DNA of 64,000 nt from Candidatus Omnitrophota bacterium (lineage in GTDB: Bacteria; Omnitrophota; Gorgyraeia; Zapsychrales; JAHFFX01), in assembly GCA_023247725.1 (NCBI GenBank), contig JAHFFW010000006.1, forward strand, positions 11,210 through 75,209, in the 5' to 3' direction. Below the pieces are notes generated by a model, which saw only the letters and a program-made list of their open reading frames with translations, made no database searches and had not been told where the DNA came from. Both the position numbers and the translations under genes were made by a program. Each line of letters begins with the position of its first letter. Position 1 is the stretch's first letter. Of the stretch, positions 37,011 to 45,100 are shown piece by piece.

Positions 37011-38633
37011 TTATAAAACGTCTTTCTCCAAGCCACCACCTGGCATCTTGAGCGGAACGACCGCCCGGAAAAAAAGAAACCTTTCCAAAGATTCCCCGAT
37101 CAAAGAGAAACCTAAGATCGCTGCAACCAAAGCCCACGGGACTTCGGTCGTCGAAGAATTCAATTTTGCCGCCAACACCAAGGGCAAAATGACACCACCG
37201 AGCAATCCAAGAATAAAACGGGCATTCGTCACCCGGCGCAGAGGTCGGCTCATTAAAAAGGCCGTCTTCTTGAGCGCCGTCCATTCTTTTTCCCGTAAAT
37301 GCCGCAAAAAAATTCCCTCGGTGAGCAATTTGCCTAACACCAACGCGGCCATCAACCGACAGACGAAAATTTCCCCAACCTTCGATGATCCGCCAAAAAA
37401 TAAAAACGCCGGAAGGATCGCCGCCAATCCCAAAATCCCCGTCGTCAAAAAGAATTTCACCATCGTCTGCGGATGGTCCCAAAAAGGCCGCCGCGTGACT
37501 TTATAAACCATGATCGAACACCCAATCCCGAATAGTCCTAAAATCGCCGTTATGATCGCCAAGATTTGATTCGTCAAACCTCCCTCATGTTTCCAGGAAG
37601 CCAAAGCATAAAATGCCGTCAAAATAGCAAAAAGACCAAAAGCGATGATTTCACGGCTGAGCCACGAATGCCTTAAACCCAAAACCGCCCGAAACGCCAA
37701 GTGCGGCCGACCCAAATGAAAGATACTGACCGCCATCGCCAAGATTCCGGCGCAAAGCGCCACCAGGGCTTGTACGGCTGGTGCTAACGGATGCGAAATG
37801 ATATCCGAATAGCGGTTCAAAAATAGACCTCCCGCAAATGCCCCGACGGATAACTGAGTCAAGACCAGCATGGCCACCAACGGCCAATGGCAGTGCTCGG
37901 GCTGGAGCGTATAGGAATCGACGGCCATTGTGCCGGAAGGAAATTTCTTTTGCGTCTCGTAGCGGGTTGTCGGTAACGTATAATGCGAATCCGGCGCGTC
38001 GGGGATATTGACAAAATCCGTCGGATGTTCGTAAACGGCGGCGGTCTCAACCAGCGTGATGCGAATCGCACCGTTGGGACAGGCGCGGGCGCAGGCCGGA
38101 GCCTCGCCGACATTTAAACGGCTGATGCACATGTCGCATTTGTGCACAATGCCTTTCTTTCTGTTGTACTTGGGAACATCGTAAGCACAAGTGAAGGTGC
38201 AGTACTGGCACCCGATGCATTGGTCCTCGAGATGCCGGACGACACCACTGTCTTTCTCTTTGACGTACGCATCAACCGGACAACCATTAAGGCATGCCGG
38301 GTCCAGGCAATGATGACAGGCACTCGTCACGTGCTGGATCACCGAATCGCCGTTACGCCCTCCATATAACAATCCGACCGTACGCCAGGTTTCATCTTCG
38401 GGCAATCCGTTTTCATTGTGGCAGGCGGTCACACAGGCCTTGCAGCCGGTGCAGCGATCGAGATCGACGCTAAAGGCGTATTGCTGACCCGGGCCGGGCG
38501 CGCTTTTGGGGATGAGCTCTTCATAAAAATTCATTGCCGGAATCTGTTTTAAGTCGTGCTTCATGGCAAATGCTTCAACGGCAGTCAATTCCTGCTGTTG
38601 TTGCAAATAGGTTTCAATGAGATCTGGAGACAC
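37011..38633 (-). CDS. Fusion protein: 4x[4Fe-4S] ferredoxin domain (DmsB/PsrB/NrfC-like) + NrfD/PsrC-type polytopic membrane quinol-interaction domain, with a ~60-aa unique N-terminal extension
   Basis: Four Cys clusters (CTGCKACVTAC, CHHCLDPAC, CIGCQYCTFTC, CDMCISRL...CARACP), then ~8 TM helices of NrfD type. No signal or Tat motif. GTG start at ~38633 with AAAGGAGA SD 6 nt upstream. The ORF-track TTG at 38687 is not preferred. Confidence 0.7.
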   Translation of the reverse strand: MSPDLIETYLQQQQELTAVEAFAMKHDLKQIPAMNFYEELIPKSAPGPGQQYAFSVDLDRCTGCKACVTACHNENGLPEDETWRTVGLLYGGRNGDSVIQHVTSACHHCLDPACLNGCPVDAYVKEKDSGVVRHLEDQCIGCQYCTFTCAYDVPKYNRKKGIVHKCDMCISRLNVGEAPACARACPNGAIRITLVETAAVYEHPTDFVNIPDAPDSHYTLPTTRYETQKKFPSGTMAVDSYTLQPEHCHWPLVAMLVLTQLSVGAFAGGLFLNRYSDIISHPLAPAVQALVALCAGILAMAVSIFHLGRPHLAFRAVLGLRHSWLSREIIAFGLFAILTAFYALASWKHEGGLTNQILAIITAILGLFGIGCSIMVYKVTRRPFWDHPQTMVKFFLTTGILGLAAILPAFLFFGGSSKVGEIFVCRLMAALVLGKLLTEGIFLRHLREKEWTALKKTAFLMSRPLRRVTNARFILGLLGGVILPLVLAAKLNSSTTEVPWALVAAILGFSLIGESLERFLFFRAVVPLKMPGGGLEKDVL

Positions 38634-38765
38634 GTGATTCTCCTTTAATAACCAATTTCCAGTAGACCAATGACCAAACAAATCCAAATGTTCAAATCAC
38701 CAAAGTTCAAAACGGCTTGGCCATTTGGATTTTGGATTTTTGTGATTTGGTCATTCTTCTATAAA

Positions 38766-40106
38766 TCAAAGGCTGAAAGTGGTCTGCACATACACAAAGT
38801 CCGCATCGTCATTGGCACCGGTTTCGGCCAGATAGTCCCCCGAGAAGAAATGCGAATATCCAACCTGGATAGCGGTGGAATTATTCAATTTGTAATCGGC
38901 CGTCAAGTCGATTTCGTCGCCAAGATGATCGTCCACAGCGGTCGTGGCCGTGCGCACGACCGATCGGGCGGCGTTATAATAAGAATCCTTGACGGTATCA
39001 AGATAAAACCGATGCCACTCGGCCTGAAGCTTCAATTTTTTATGGGGTTTGGCGCTCAGCTGATAATGAAACTGGTTGGTATTCTGCAGACTCACAAAGT
39101 CGATGAACCCATAAAAGAGGTGATTCGTCGGATAAAGATTGTCGAAGGTCTTGAGTTCATTGTCGGTGGGATCATCGTCCCCGGAACCGTAGGTGAATTC
39201 AAACGCCGCTCGAGGCTGCCATGGCAACCGGAAGGTGTAGCCAACAATCGCCACGGCCATACCCGCATTCACATCTTTACCGAGAAAATCGCCAAACTGC
39301 CGGGCTGCTTCCACTTCATAATCCCAACCGCTTTTGAATGCCTTCTTGACGCGGCCACCTACTGTGTAATCATCCACCTGCCCCGAGCCGCTGGGCCCGA
39401 AGGAAATATTCTTATCGGTTTCCCGGCGGAATAAATAATGTTCCAAAAGTGTCTCGCCGAAGGCCTTGGCCGTCACGTCATATCCCCAAAGCCGTTCCCG
39501 CGATGATCCATCGTACAAATCATCAAATTCCCGCGGACTTTTGATGGAAGTTTTATCGCCTCCGAAGAGATCGACCTGGAGATGATAAGGAACGAAATGA
39601 AAACCCATCCGGCCCCCGTCAAAGGTCTGGGCCACATTCGACCAATTGAATCCGCCGATCAACCGCTGGGCGCCAAACGAAAATTCCTGACGTCCCGGCC
39701 TAATGGAAAGCTTATTCATTTGCAGCGGTTCAAAAATAATATCGTCGGTATAATCCACATATAGCTGGCGGATATCGAAGTAATTTTCAAAGAGCGCCTT
39801 ATTGACCGTATTCGATTCCCAGATTCGGGCGTCCTGACCCTGAATAAAGAATCCCAGTTCTTTGACAGGATTGTATTTGAGATTGAGGCGCGTTCGTTCC
39901 AGATGAAAGGCATCTTCATCATCGCGGGAATCGTTAAAATCAAAATTGTTCCGGTATTCCAGGCGGTAGCGGAATTCCAAATCCGTTTTCAGCTGGCTCG
40001 GCAGATATTTATTAATGACATCCCCGGCGAAAACCTCCCCGCCCAATTCCAAAAAAGCCAGGATAAACAAAAACACAGCGCTGCCCTGTCCCCAAATTTC
40101 TCGCAT
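38766..40106 (-). CDS. Outer-membrane beta-barrel of the alginate-export (AlgE-like) porin family
   Basis: Signal peptide, alternating amphipathic beta-strands rich in Y/F/G, family-level similarity to the alginate_exp domain. SD AAAGGAG. Confidence 0.6.
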   Translation of the reverse strand: MREIWGQGSAVFLFILAFLELGGEVFAGDVINKYLPSQLKTDLEFRYRLEYRNNFDFNDSRDDEDAFHLERTRLNLKYNPVKELGFFIQGQDARIWESNTVNKALFENYFDIRQLYVDYTDDIIFEPLQMNKLSIRPGRQEFSFGAQRLIGGFNWSNVAQTFDGGRMGFHFVPYHLQVDLFGGDKTSIKSPREFDDLYDGSSRERLWGYDVTAKAFGETLLEHYLFRRETDKNISFGPSGSGQVDDYTVGGRVKKAFKSGWDYEVEAARQFGDFLGKDVNAGMAVAIVGYTFRLPWQPRAAFEFTYGSGDDDPTDNELKTFDNLYPTNHLFYGFIDFVSLQNTNQFHYQLSAKPHKKLKLQAEWHRFYLDTVKDSYYNAARSVVRTATTAVDDHLGDEIDLTADYKLNNSTAIQVGYSHFFSGDYLAETGANDDADFVYVQTTFSL

Positions 40107-40229
40107 TGAAAGCTCCTTTCTCTCATAGACTTCATGCGTAAAATCTCCGGGAACATCGGCGCTCCCTCCAGCGTCTTTTCCTTCTACGGTTTAAGAACGA
40201 CTGGCCGGCCTTCATCGGTTGATTTCATA

Positions 40230-40562
40230 TCAACCCACGGCTGCCTTTGCACTCGTTTCTATCATGACGGTTTGAGAAACTTCTTTTGATTTCTTGTTCC
40301 TTCCTTCCAAAAAATTGTTGACCGGTCGCTTGCGGATAAACCTGCCGGACCCCCCAGCATGACATTTTCCATCGCCGTCAACCAGGGAAGCAGACTGGGC
40401 GCCTGGAAAACCACGCCGCGGTCCGGGCGCGCTTTTGGGGATCAGTTCCTCATAGAATCCCATCGCTTGGATCTGTTTGAAATCCTTCTTCATGGCGAAG
40501 ACTTCCACCGCCGAGAGATCCTGATACTTTTGCAGGTATTCATTGATGAGGTTCTGCGACAT
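40230..40562 (-). pseudogene. Degenerate duplicate of the 5' end of the FeS-NrfD gene (remnant or pseudogene)
   Basis: aa 5-45 match the N-terminal extension of 37011-38633 ([44 protein letters not shown] vs [44 protein letters not shown]). DNA 40420-40560 aligns with 38490-38640. The frame is lost after PGP, so the Cys motifs are lost. No SD. Confidence 0.5.
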
Positions 40563-41784
40563 ATGCTATCCCGGCTTCCGTTTTAAATGCGGTTTGCTTT
40601 GAAACAATCCTGGGAAAACTCCATCCCCTTTGAACAAACTGCAGCGTTATTAAAGCCCCGAGGCCTGTGCAGGCAAAAACCAGAAAGCCAACCCCGTAGG
40701 AACCAGCCGCATCCTTAAAGAATCCAAGGACCGTTGGAAGAATAAATCCTCCCAGCCCCCCCGCGGCTCCTACAATGCCGGTAATAATGCCAATCTCCTT
40801 CCGGAATCTTAAAGGGACCAGCTGAAAAACCGAACCATTGCCCATACCCAAACAGCTCATTCCAGCAAAAATAAGAAGCGTCACTAATCCAATGGGAGGC
40901 AGGCGACTGATGCCGATCATGAAGACCGCAATGGCGCTAAAAAGGATGGAGAGCATGCGGATGCCGCCAAACTTATCGGCAAGATAGCCTCCGACGGGTC
41001 TTAAGAAACTTCCGGCAGCCACACACAGCGCGGTGAAATTACCCGCCGCTACTTTGCTCAAGCCGTACTGGTCATGAAAAAAGATTCCTAAAAAACTTGC
41101 GAGGCCCACAAACCCTCCGAACGTAATGCTGTAAAAAAAACAGAACCAGAACGTATCCGCTTCCCGCAAGACGGAAAAATAATCCGCGAGTCGTTTGGGC
41201 GCCGGCTGCTCCGGGCTCTCTTTCGCGAATATCATATAAATAGCCAACGTTAAAAGAACAGGAATGATGGCCAGGCCGAATATATTGTGCCAGCCGTAGA
41301 CCTCCGCCAGCCGCGGCGCAAAAAGGCTGGCCAGAACCGTGCCGCTGTTTCCGGCTCCGGCGATCCCCAGGGCCATTCCCTGATGCCGGGGCGGATACCA
41401 ACGGCTCGCCAGAGGCAACGCCACGGCAAAACTTCCACCCGCAATCCCCAAGAGGAAGCCGAAAAAAATCACCTGATGAAACGACAGAGCGAAAAGCCAA
41501 ACACCTAAAAGAGGAATAAGAACAATGAGCTGGCCTAAGATCCCCGTTTTTTTGGGACCGATGTGGTCCACCAAAAGCCCCAGCGGGATTCGTACCAGCG
41601 ATCCGCCCAAAAGAGGAATGGCCGCCATAAACCCTTTCTGAGTGGCCGTAAGGCCGAAATCTTTGGCGATATAAACACCGAGGACACCCATCAGGACCCA
41701 GACCATGAAACTAATATCAAAATAGAGGAACGCCGAAAAAAGAGTGGGTGGATGACCGCTTTTGGCAAAGTCTTTTAATCGCAT
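40540..41784 (-). CDS. narK: MFS nitrate/nitrite transporter (NNP family)
   Basis: 12-TM MFS with NNP glycine-rich signatures (GFMAAIPLLGGSLVRIPLG, GAAGGLGGF). ATG at 41784 with AGGAGG SD. 10 nt downstream of nirD. Confidence 0.8.
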   Translation of the reverse strand: MRLKDFAKSGHPPTLFSAFLYFDISFMVWVLMGVLGVYIAKDFGLTATQKGFMAAIPLLGGSLVRIPLGLLVDHIGPKKTGILGQLIVLIPLLGVWLFALSFHQVIFFGFLLGIAGGSFAVALPLASRWYPPRHQGMALGIAGAGNSGTVLASLFAPRLAEVYGWHNIFGLAIIPVLLTLAIYMIFAKESPEQPAPKRLADYFSVLREADTFWFCFFYSITFGGFVGLASFLGIFFHDQYGLSKVAAGNFTALCVAAGSFLRPVGGYLADKFGGIRMLSILFSAIAVFMIGISRLPPIGLVTLLIFAGMSCLGMGNGSVFQLVPLRFRKEIGIITGIVGAAGGLGGFILPTVLGFFKDAAGSYGVGFLVFACTGLGALITLQFVQRGWSFPRIVSKQTAFKTEAGIAYVAEPHQ

Positions 41785-41811
41785 ATTAGCCTCCTCAATC
41801 AATTTCCCTTG

Positions 41812-42126
41812 TCATTTCTCCAGGATGATTTGCCCTTGTTCCTGTCGAATTTTGAAAACCGCAACGCATTCTCCGGCCTCACTCCCTTGACCGGTTTGAA
41901 AATCAAACTTATGCCCGTGCAGAGGGCACACCACCTTCCCGTCGCCAATCACCCCTTCCGACAGGGGACCCCCTCGATGGGGACAATGATTCTCGACGGC
42001 AAAAATTGTTCCGCTGCGGGAACGGAAGACCGCGATTTCCCGTCCGTGAACGACAAAACACCGGCCCTGCCCCACAGGGATTTGATCAACCGGGCCTAAA
42101 AGAACCTTTGAATTTTGACCAATCAT
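41812..42126 (-). CDS. nirD: Nitrite reductase [NAD(P)H] small subunit (Rieske-like)
   Basis: CPHRGGPL...CPLHGHKF Rieske-type motifs. ATG at 42126 immediately after the nirB stop. The longer ORF-track N-terminus would overlap nirB. Confidence 0.8.
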   Translation of the reverse strand: MIGQNSKVLLGPVDQIPVGQGRCFVVHGREIAVFRSRSGTIFAVENHCPHRGGPLSEGVIGDGKVVCPLHGHKFDFQTGQGSEAGECVAVFKIRQEQGQIILEK

Positions 42127-42130
42127 GTTT

Positions 42131-44638
42131 CTAACCGTTGTTTTCCGCTTCGTGCAAAACCTCGATGAGGCGCGGACCTTCAAATTGATGCGGATACGCC
42201 GGAAACTCCGCTTCCTGCCATGGATCCCGATAAGCCTCGACCGCTTCCGCAATCCTTTCGTCCAGCTGGGCACAAATCCCTAACGAATCCTGCACGAGGA
42301 TTCCCTTCAAGATCTCGATCCCGATCCGCTCGGCAAAGCCATAGGTTCGTTCCAGATATTTGGCATGTTCCCGGTAATACTGAATGAAGCGTCCGATATA
42401 TTTGAGAACATCGTCATGGCTGTTGACGGTGCACAAAAGATCGCCTTTGCGCACCGAACTTCCGGCGGCACCGCCGACGTAAATCTCCCATTGCCCGCCT
42501 TCGATGGCGACGGCGCCAATGTCCTTGACGTAGGCCTCCGAACAATTGCGCGGACAACCGGCGGTCGCCAGTTTCATTTTGTGCGGAGATTCAATCCCCT
42601 GAAACCGCCGTTCGATCTTCTGAGCCAGGGCGATGGAGTCCCCGACGCCGTAACGGCAGAAATCCGTTCCCACGCAACTTTTGCAGGTGCGAAAGGCCTT
42701 CGTATAGGCATGGCCGCTCGGCATTCCCAGATCTTTCCAGATCGACGGCAAATCCTCTTTCCTGACGCCCAAAAGGTCGATCCGTTGCCCGCCGGTGATT
42801 TTCACCATCTTGACTTTGTATTTCATGGCGGCCTGGGCGATCCGCATCAATTCCTCGGGACTCGTCACGCCCCCATAAATCCGCGGCACGACGGAGAAGG
42901 TGCCGTCTTTTTGGATGTTGGCGTGCACGCGGTCATTGATAAAGCGCGCGTCGCGTTCATCGACGTACTCTTTAGGCCAAATGGTTTTGAGCAAGGACGC
43001 GAGACCGACTTTGCTATCGGGGTCTTCTTTGCCGCCGGCCAATTCTTGAAAAACCGCACTGACGGATTTTAATCCGCGGCTCTTGACCTCGGCGACCAGC
43101 TGGGATTTTTCGAGCGGTATCCCGGGCACATAAAAATGTTCAGATGGATCATAGGTCACCTCGCCCAGGCAAGACTCGATCAACTGCGCAATCAGTCCCC
43201 GGCAAGAACCGCAGCCTTTGCCGGCCTTGGTCTTTTTCCCAACGGCAGCCACCGTCTTGCAGTTGGCATCGAGAATCGCGTCGGTGATTTCTTTTTTGCA
43301 AACGCCATTGCAATTGCAAATCTGGGCGTTATCGGGAAGATCGGCAACGTTGATTAAGATCGCGTTTTTTACGGATCCAAAGAATAGTTCCGAGCGTTTG
43401 CTAGGAAGCCTTTCTTCGTTTAAAAACATCTGCATCAAAAGATCGCCGCCCTGCGTGTCACCCAGGAGAATGGCGCCGTAAATCCGGTCGTCGCGGATGA
43501 TCAGTTTTTTATAAATCGCGCGGTTCGGTTCGCGGTAGGTCACGACCTCATCCGACGGCTGCCCTTGTTCTTTTTCACCAAGGGACAATAGCTCGACCCC
43601 CATGACCTTGAGCTTGGTCCCGGTCTTTGAACCGGTATAGGTGGCCTGAGGATTTTTTTCGGTGATCACATCCGCCAAGACCCTGGCCTGTTCCCAGATG
43701 GGATCGACCAGACCGTACAGCTTGCCGCGGTGCTCCGCGCATTCCCCCAAAACAAAAATGTCGGCGTCGCTCGTCCGCATTTGGTCATCGCAAACGATGC
43801 CTTTGTTGACGGCGATTCGAGAATTCTGGGCCACCTCCGTGATTGGACGAATGCCGGCACTGACGATGACCATATCTGTTTCCAGGGTTGTCCCGTCGGC
43901 AAACGAAAGGGAAGAAATCTGCCCGTCACGCGAGTGGATCTTGGCAGTTTTCGTCCCGGTCAAAACGCGCAGGCCCATCGATTCCATGGTTCTTCTCAAT
44001 AACTGTCCTGATTCCTGATCCAGTTGGGCGGCCATCAATTGAGCGGCCGCTTCGATGACGGTCACCTCGACGTTATGGGTCAATAGACCGCGGGCCGCCT
44101 CCAATCCCAGAAGACCGCCGCCGATGACCGCGGCCTTGCGGCAATCTCGCGCGTACTGCGCAATGGCAGAGCAGTCATCGATCGTTCGGAATAAAAATGT
44201 TCCCGGGGCACCGAATCCTTCCATCGGCGGGACAAAGGGCCGCGAGCCCGTAGCGATAATCACGTGATCATAGGATTCCTCGACGATATCACTTTTAGGA
44301 AGGATGTCATCGTTATGGGCATAAGGCAATTGTCCCTGAGGGACATTCACTCCTAAAACAACCCTTCGTTCGCGATCGATCTTAAAGGCCTTGATGCCGG
44401 CATGCAGATGGATGGAATTTTCTTTGTACCAGGAAAGAGGATTGAGAAAGATTTCTTGCGGCTCTTGAGTTTGGTTGAGGACATTGCTTAATAAAATCCG
44501 GTTATAATTCCCATACGGTTCGGCTCCGAACATGGAGATATCAAATCTTCCCGGCACTCGCTTGAGGATTTCCTCGACCACACGGGCTCCGGCCGTGCCA
44601 TTGCCGATCACCACCAATTTCTGCTTGAAATTTTTCAT
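42131..44638 (-). CDS. nirB: Nitrite reductase [NAD(P)H] large subunit (835 aa)
   Basis: N-terminal FAD/NAD Rossmann VVIGNGTAG, BFD-like 2Fe-2S, C-terminal sirohaem/4Fe-4S nitrite/sulfite reductase domain. SD GAGGAA. Confidence 0.9.
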   Translation of the reverse strand: MKNFKQKLVVIGNGTAGARVVEEILKRVPGRFDISMFGAEPYGNYNRILLSNVLNQTQEPQEIFLNPLSWYKENSIHLHAGIKAFKIDRERRVVLGVNVPQGQLPYAHNDDILPKSDIVEESYDHVIIATGSRPFVPPMEGFGAPGTFLFRTIDDCSAIAQYARDCRKAAVIGGGLLGLEAARGLLTHNVEVTVIEAAAQLMAAQLDQESGQLLRRTMESMGLRVLTGTKTAKIHSRDGQISSLSFADGTTLETDMVIVSAGIRPITEVAQNSRIAVNKGIVCDDQMRTSDADIFVLGECAEHRGKLYGLVDPIWEQARVLADVITEKNPQATYTGSKTGTKLKVMGVELLSLGEKEQGQPSDEVVTYREPNRAIYKKLIIRDDRIYGAILLGDTQGGDLLMQMFLNEERLPSKRSELFFGSVKNAILINVADLPDNAQICNCNGVCKKEITDAILDANCKTVAAVGKKTKAGKGCGSCRGLIAQLIESCLGEVTYDPSEHFYVPGIPLEKSQLVAEVKSRGLKSVSAVFQELAGGKEDPDSKVGLASLLKTIWPKEYVDERDARFINDRVHANIQKDGTFSVVPRIYGGVTSPEELMRIAQAAMKYKVKMVKITGGQRIDLLGVRKEDLPSIWKDLGMPSGHAYTKAFRTCKSCVGTDFCRYGVGDSIALAQKIERRFQGIESPHKMKLATAGCPRNCSEAYVKDIGAVAIEGGQWEIYVGGAAGSSVRKGDLLCTVNSHDDVLKYIGRFIQYYREHAKYLERTYGFAERIGIEILKGILVQDSLGICAQLDERIAEAVEAYRDPWQEAEFPAYPHQFEGPRLIEVLHEAENNG

Positions 44639-44648
44639 CCGCTATTCC

Positions 44649-44702
44649 TCAACAAAAGAGGCCTCACCCGCCGAGTTCTAAATCTGGTGCGGGTGAGGCC
44701 TC
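44649..44702 (-). terminator. Leader terminator/attenuator T2: 14-bp perfect stem GAGGCCUCACCCGC-N17-GCGGGUGAGGCCUC, then UUUUGUU, 11 nt before the nirB SD
   Basis: Read directly from the sequence. Confidence 0.55.
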
Positions 44703-44710
44703 ATTGCCTC
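44695..44710 (-). promoter_or_regulatory. ANTAR-type target hairpin: 5-bp stem + hexaloop GAGGC-AAUGAG-GCCUC (A1, G4) overlapping the 5' arm of T2
   Basis: Matches the published ANTAR RNA-motif geometry. The cognate GAF-ANTAR gene is adjacent. Confidence 0.45.
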
Positions 44711-44914
44711 TGGACAAAAAGAAGCTTCCTAAATGGCCCTGCTTCGCCAAATTGTCCTTCGACGTTTGCTCACGGTCCTTCGAACGGTCCTGAAGTAAGG
44801 TTGAAGGAGGTGCTGAGCGTCGTCGAAGGATCGGCTACGCAGGGTTTATCCGTCTGCCTGGGTCGAATCTTTGCCTTTTGTCTGGGAAAACCGACCTACC
44901 TAGCGGAGGCGGAT

Positions 44915-44953
44915 AAAAAAAATCCCGATGGCCATGAATTCGGCTTCATCGGG
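44915..44953 (-). terminator. Leader hairpin T1 CCCGAUG-N16-CAUCGGG followed by U8
   Basis: Read directly. Lies inside the nirB 5' leader. Confidence 0.45.
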
Positions 44954-45020
44954 CTTCTGTGTCCGTCGTTCTTCAGTGAAAAAAGATTTTTGCGACAACT
45001 CTGCCGCCAAAATCGTTTCA

Positions 45021-45048
45021 AATATAATTCAAGCGTAAATGTTTGTCA
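45021..45048 (-). promoter_or_regulatory. Sigma70-type promoter of the nirBD-narK operon (-35 TTGACA, 17 nt, -10 TATATT)
   Basis: Plus-strand TGTCAA 45043-45048 and AATATA 45021-45026. About 375-nt leader. Confidence 0.45.
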
Positions 45049-45100
45049 AGCAATCTTTTCGTTTCGATAGGAATCTCGTCGACGTTTTTGCAAAATTACT

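Noticed and set aside
38670-39434. Plus-strand 254-aa ORF
   Set aside because: Antisense to the porin gene, which has a signal peptide and a strong SD.
40230-40562. Considered as a functional small ferredoxin-like gene
   Set aside because: The frame diverges from its paralogue right after the shared PGP, so the Cys motifs are lost. There is no ribosome-binding site. It is better explained as a duplication remnant.
41812-42273. Long N-terminal extensions of nirD (to 42273), the GAF-ANTAR gene (to 46468) and the MOSC gene (to 34744) given by the ORF track
   Set aside because: The extensions run deep into the upstream genes. Internal ATG codons with good Shine-Dalgarno sequences, lying immediately after the upstream stop codons, give family-typical N-termini.
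42365-43072. Plus-strand 235-aa ORF
   Set aside because: Antisense to nirB.
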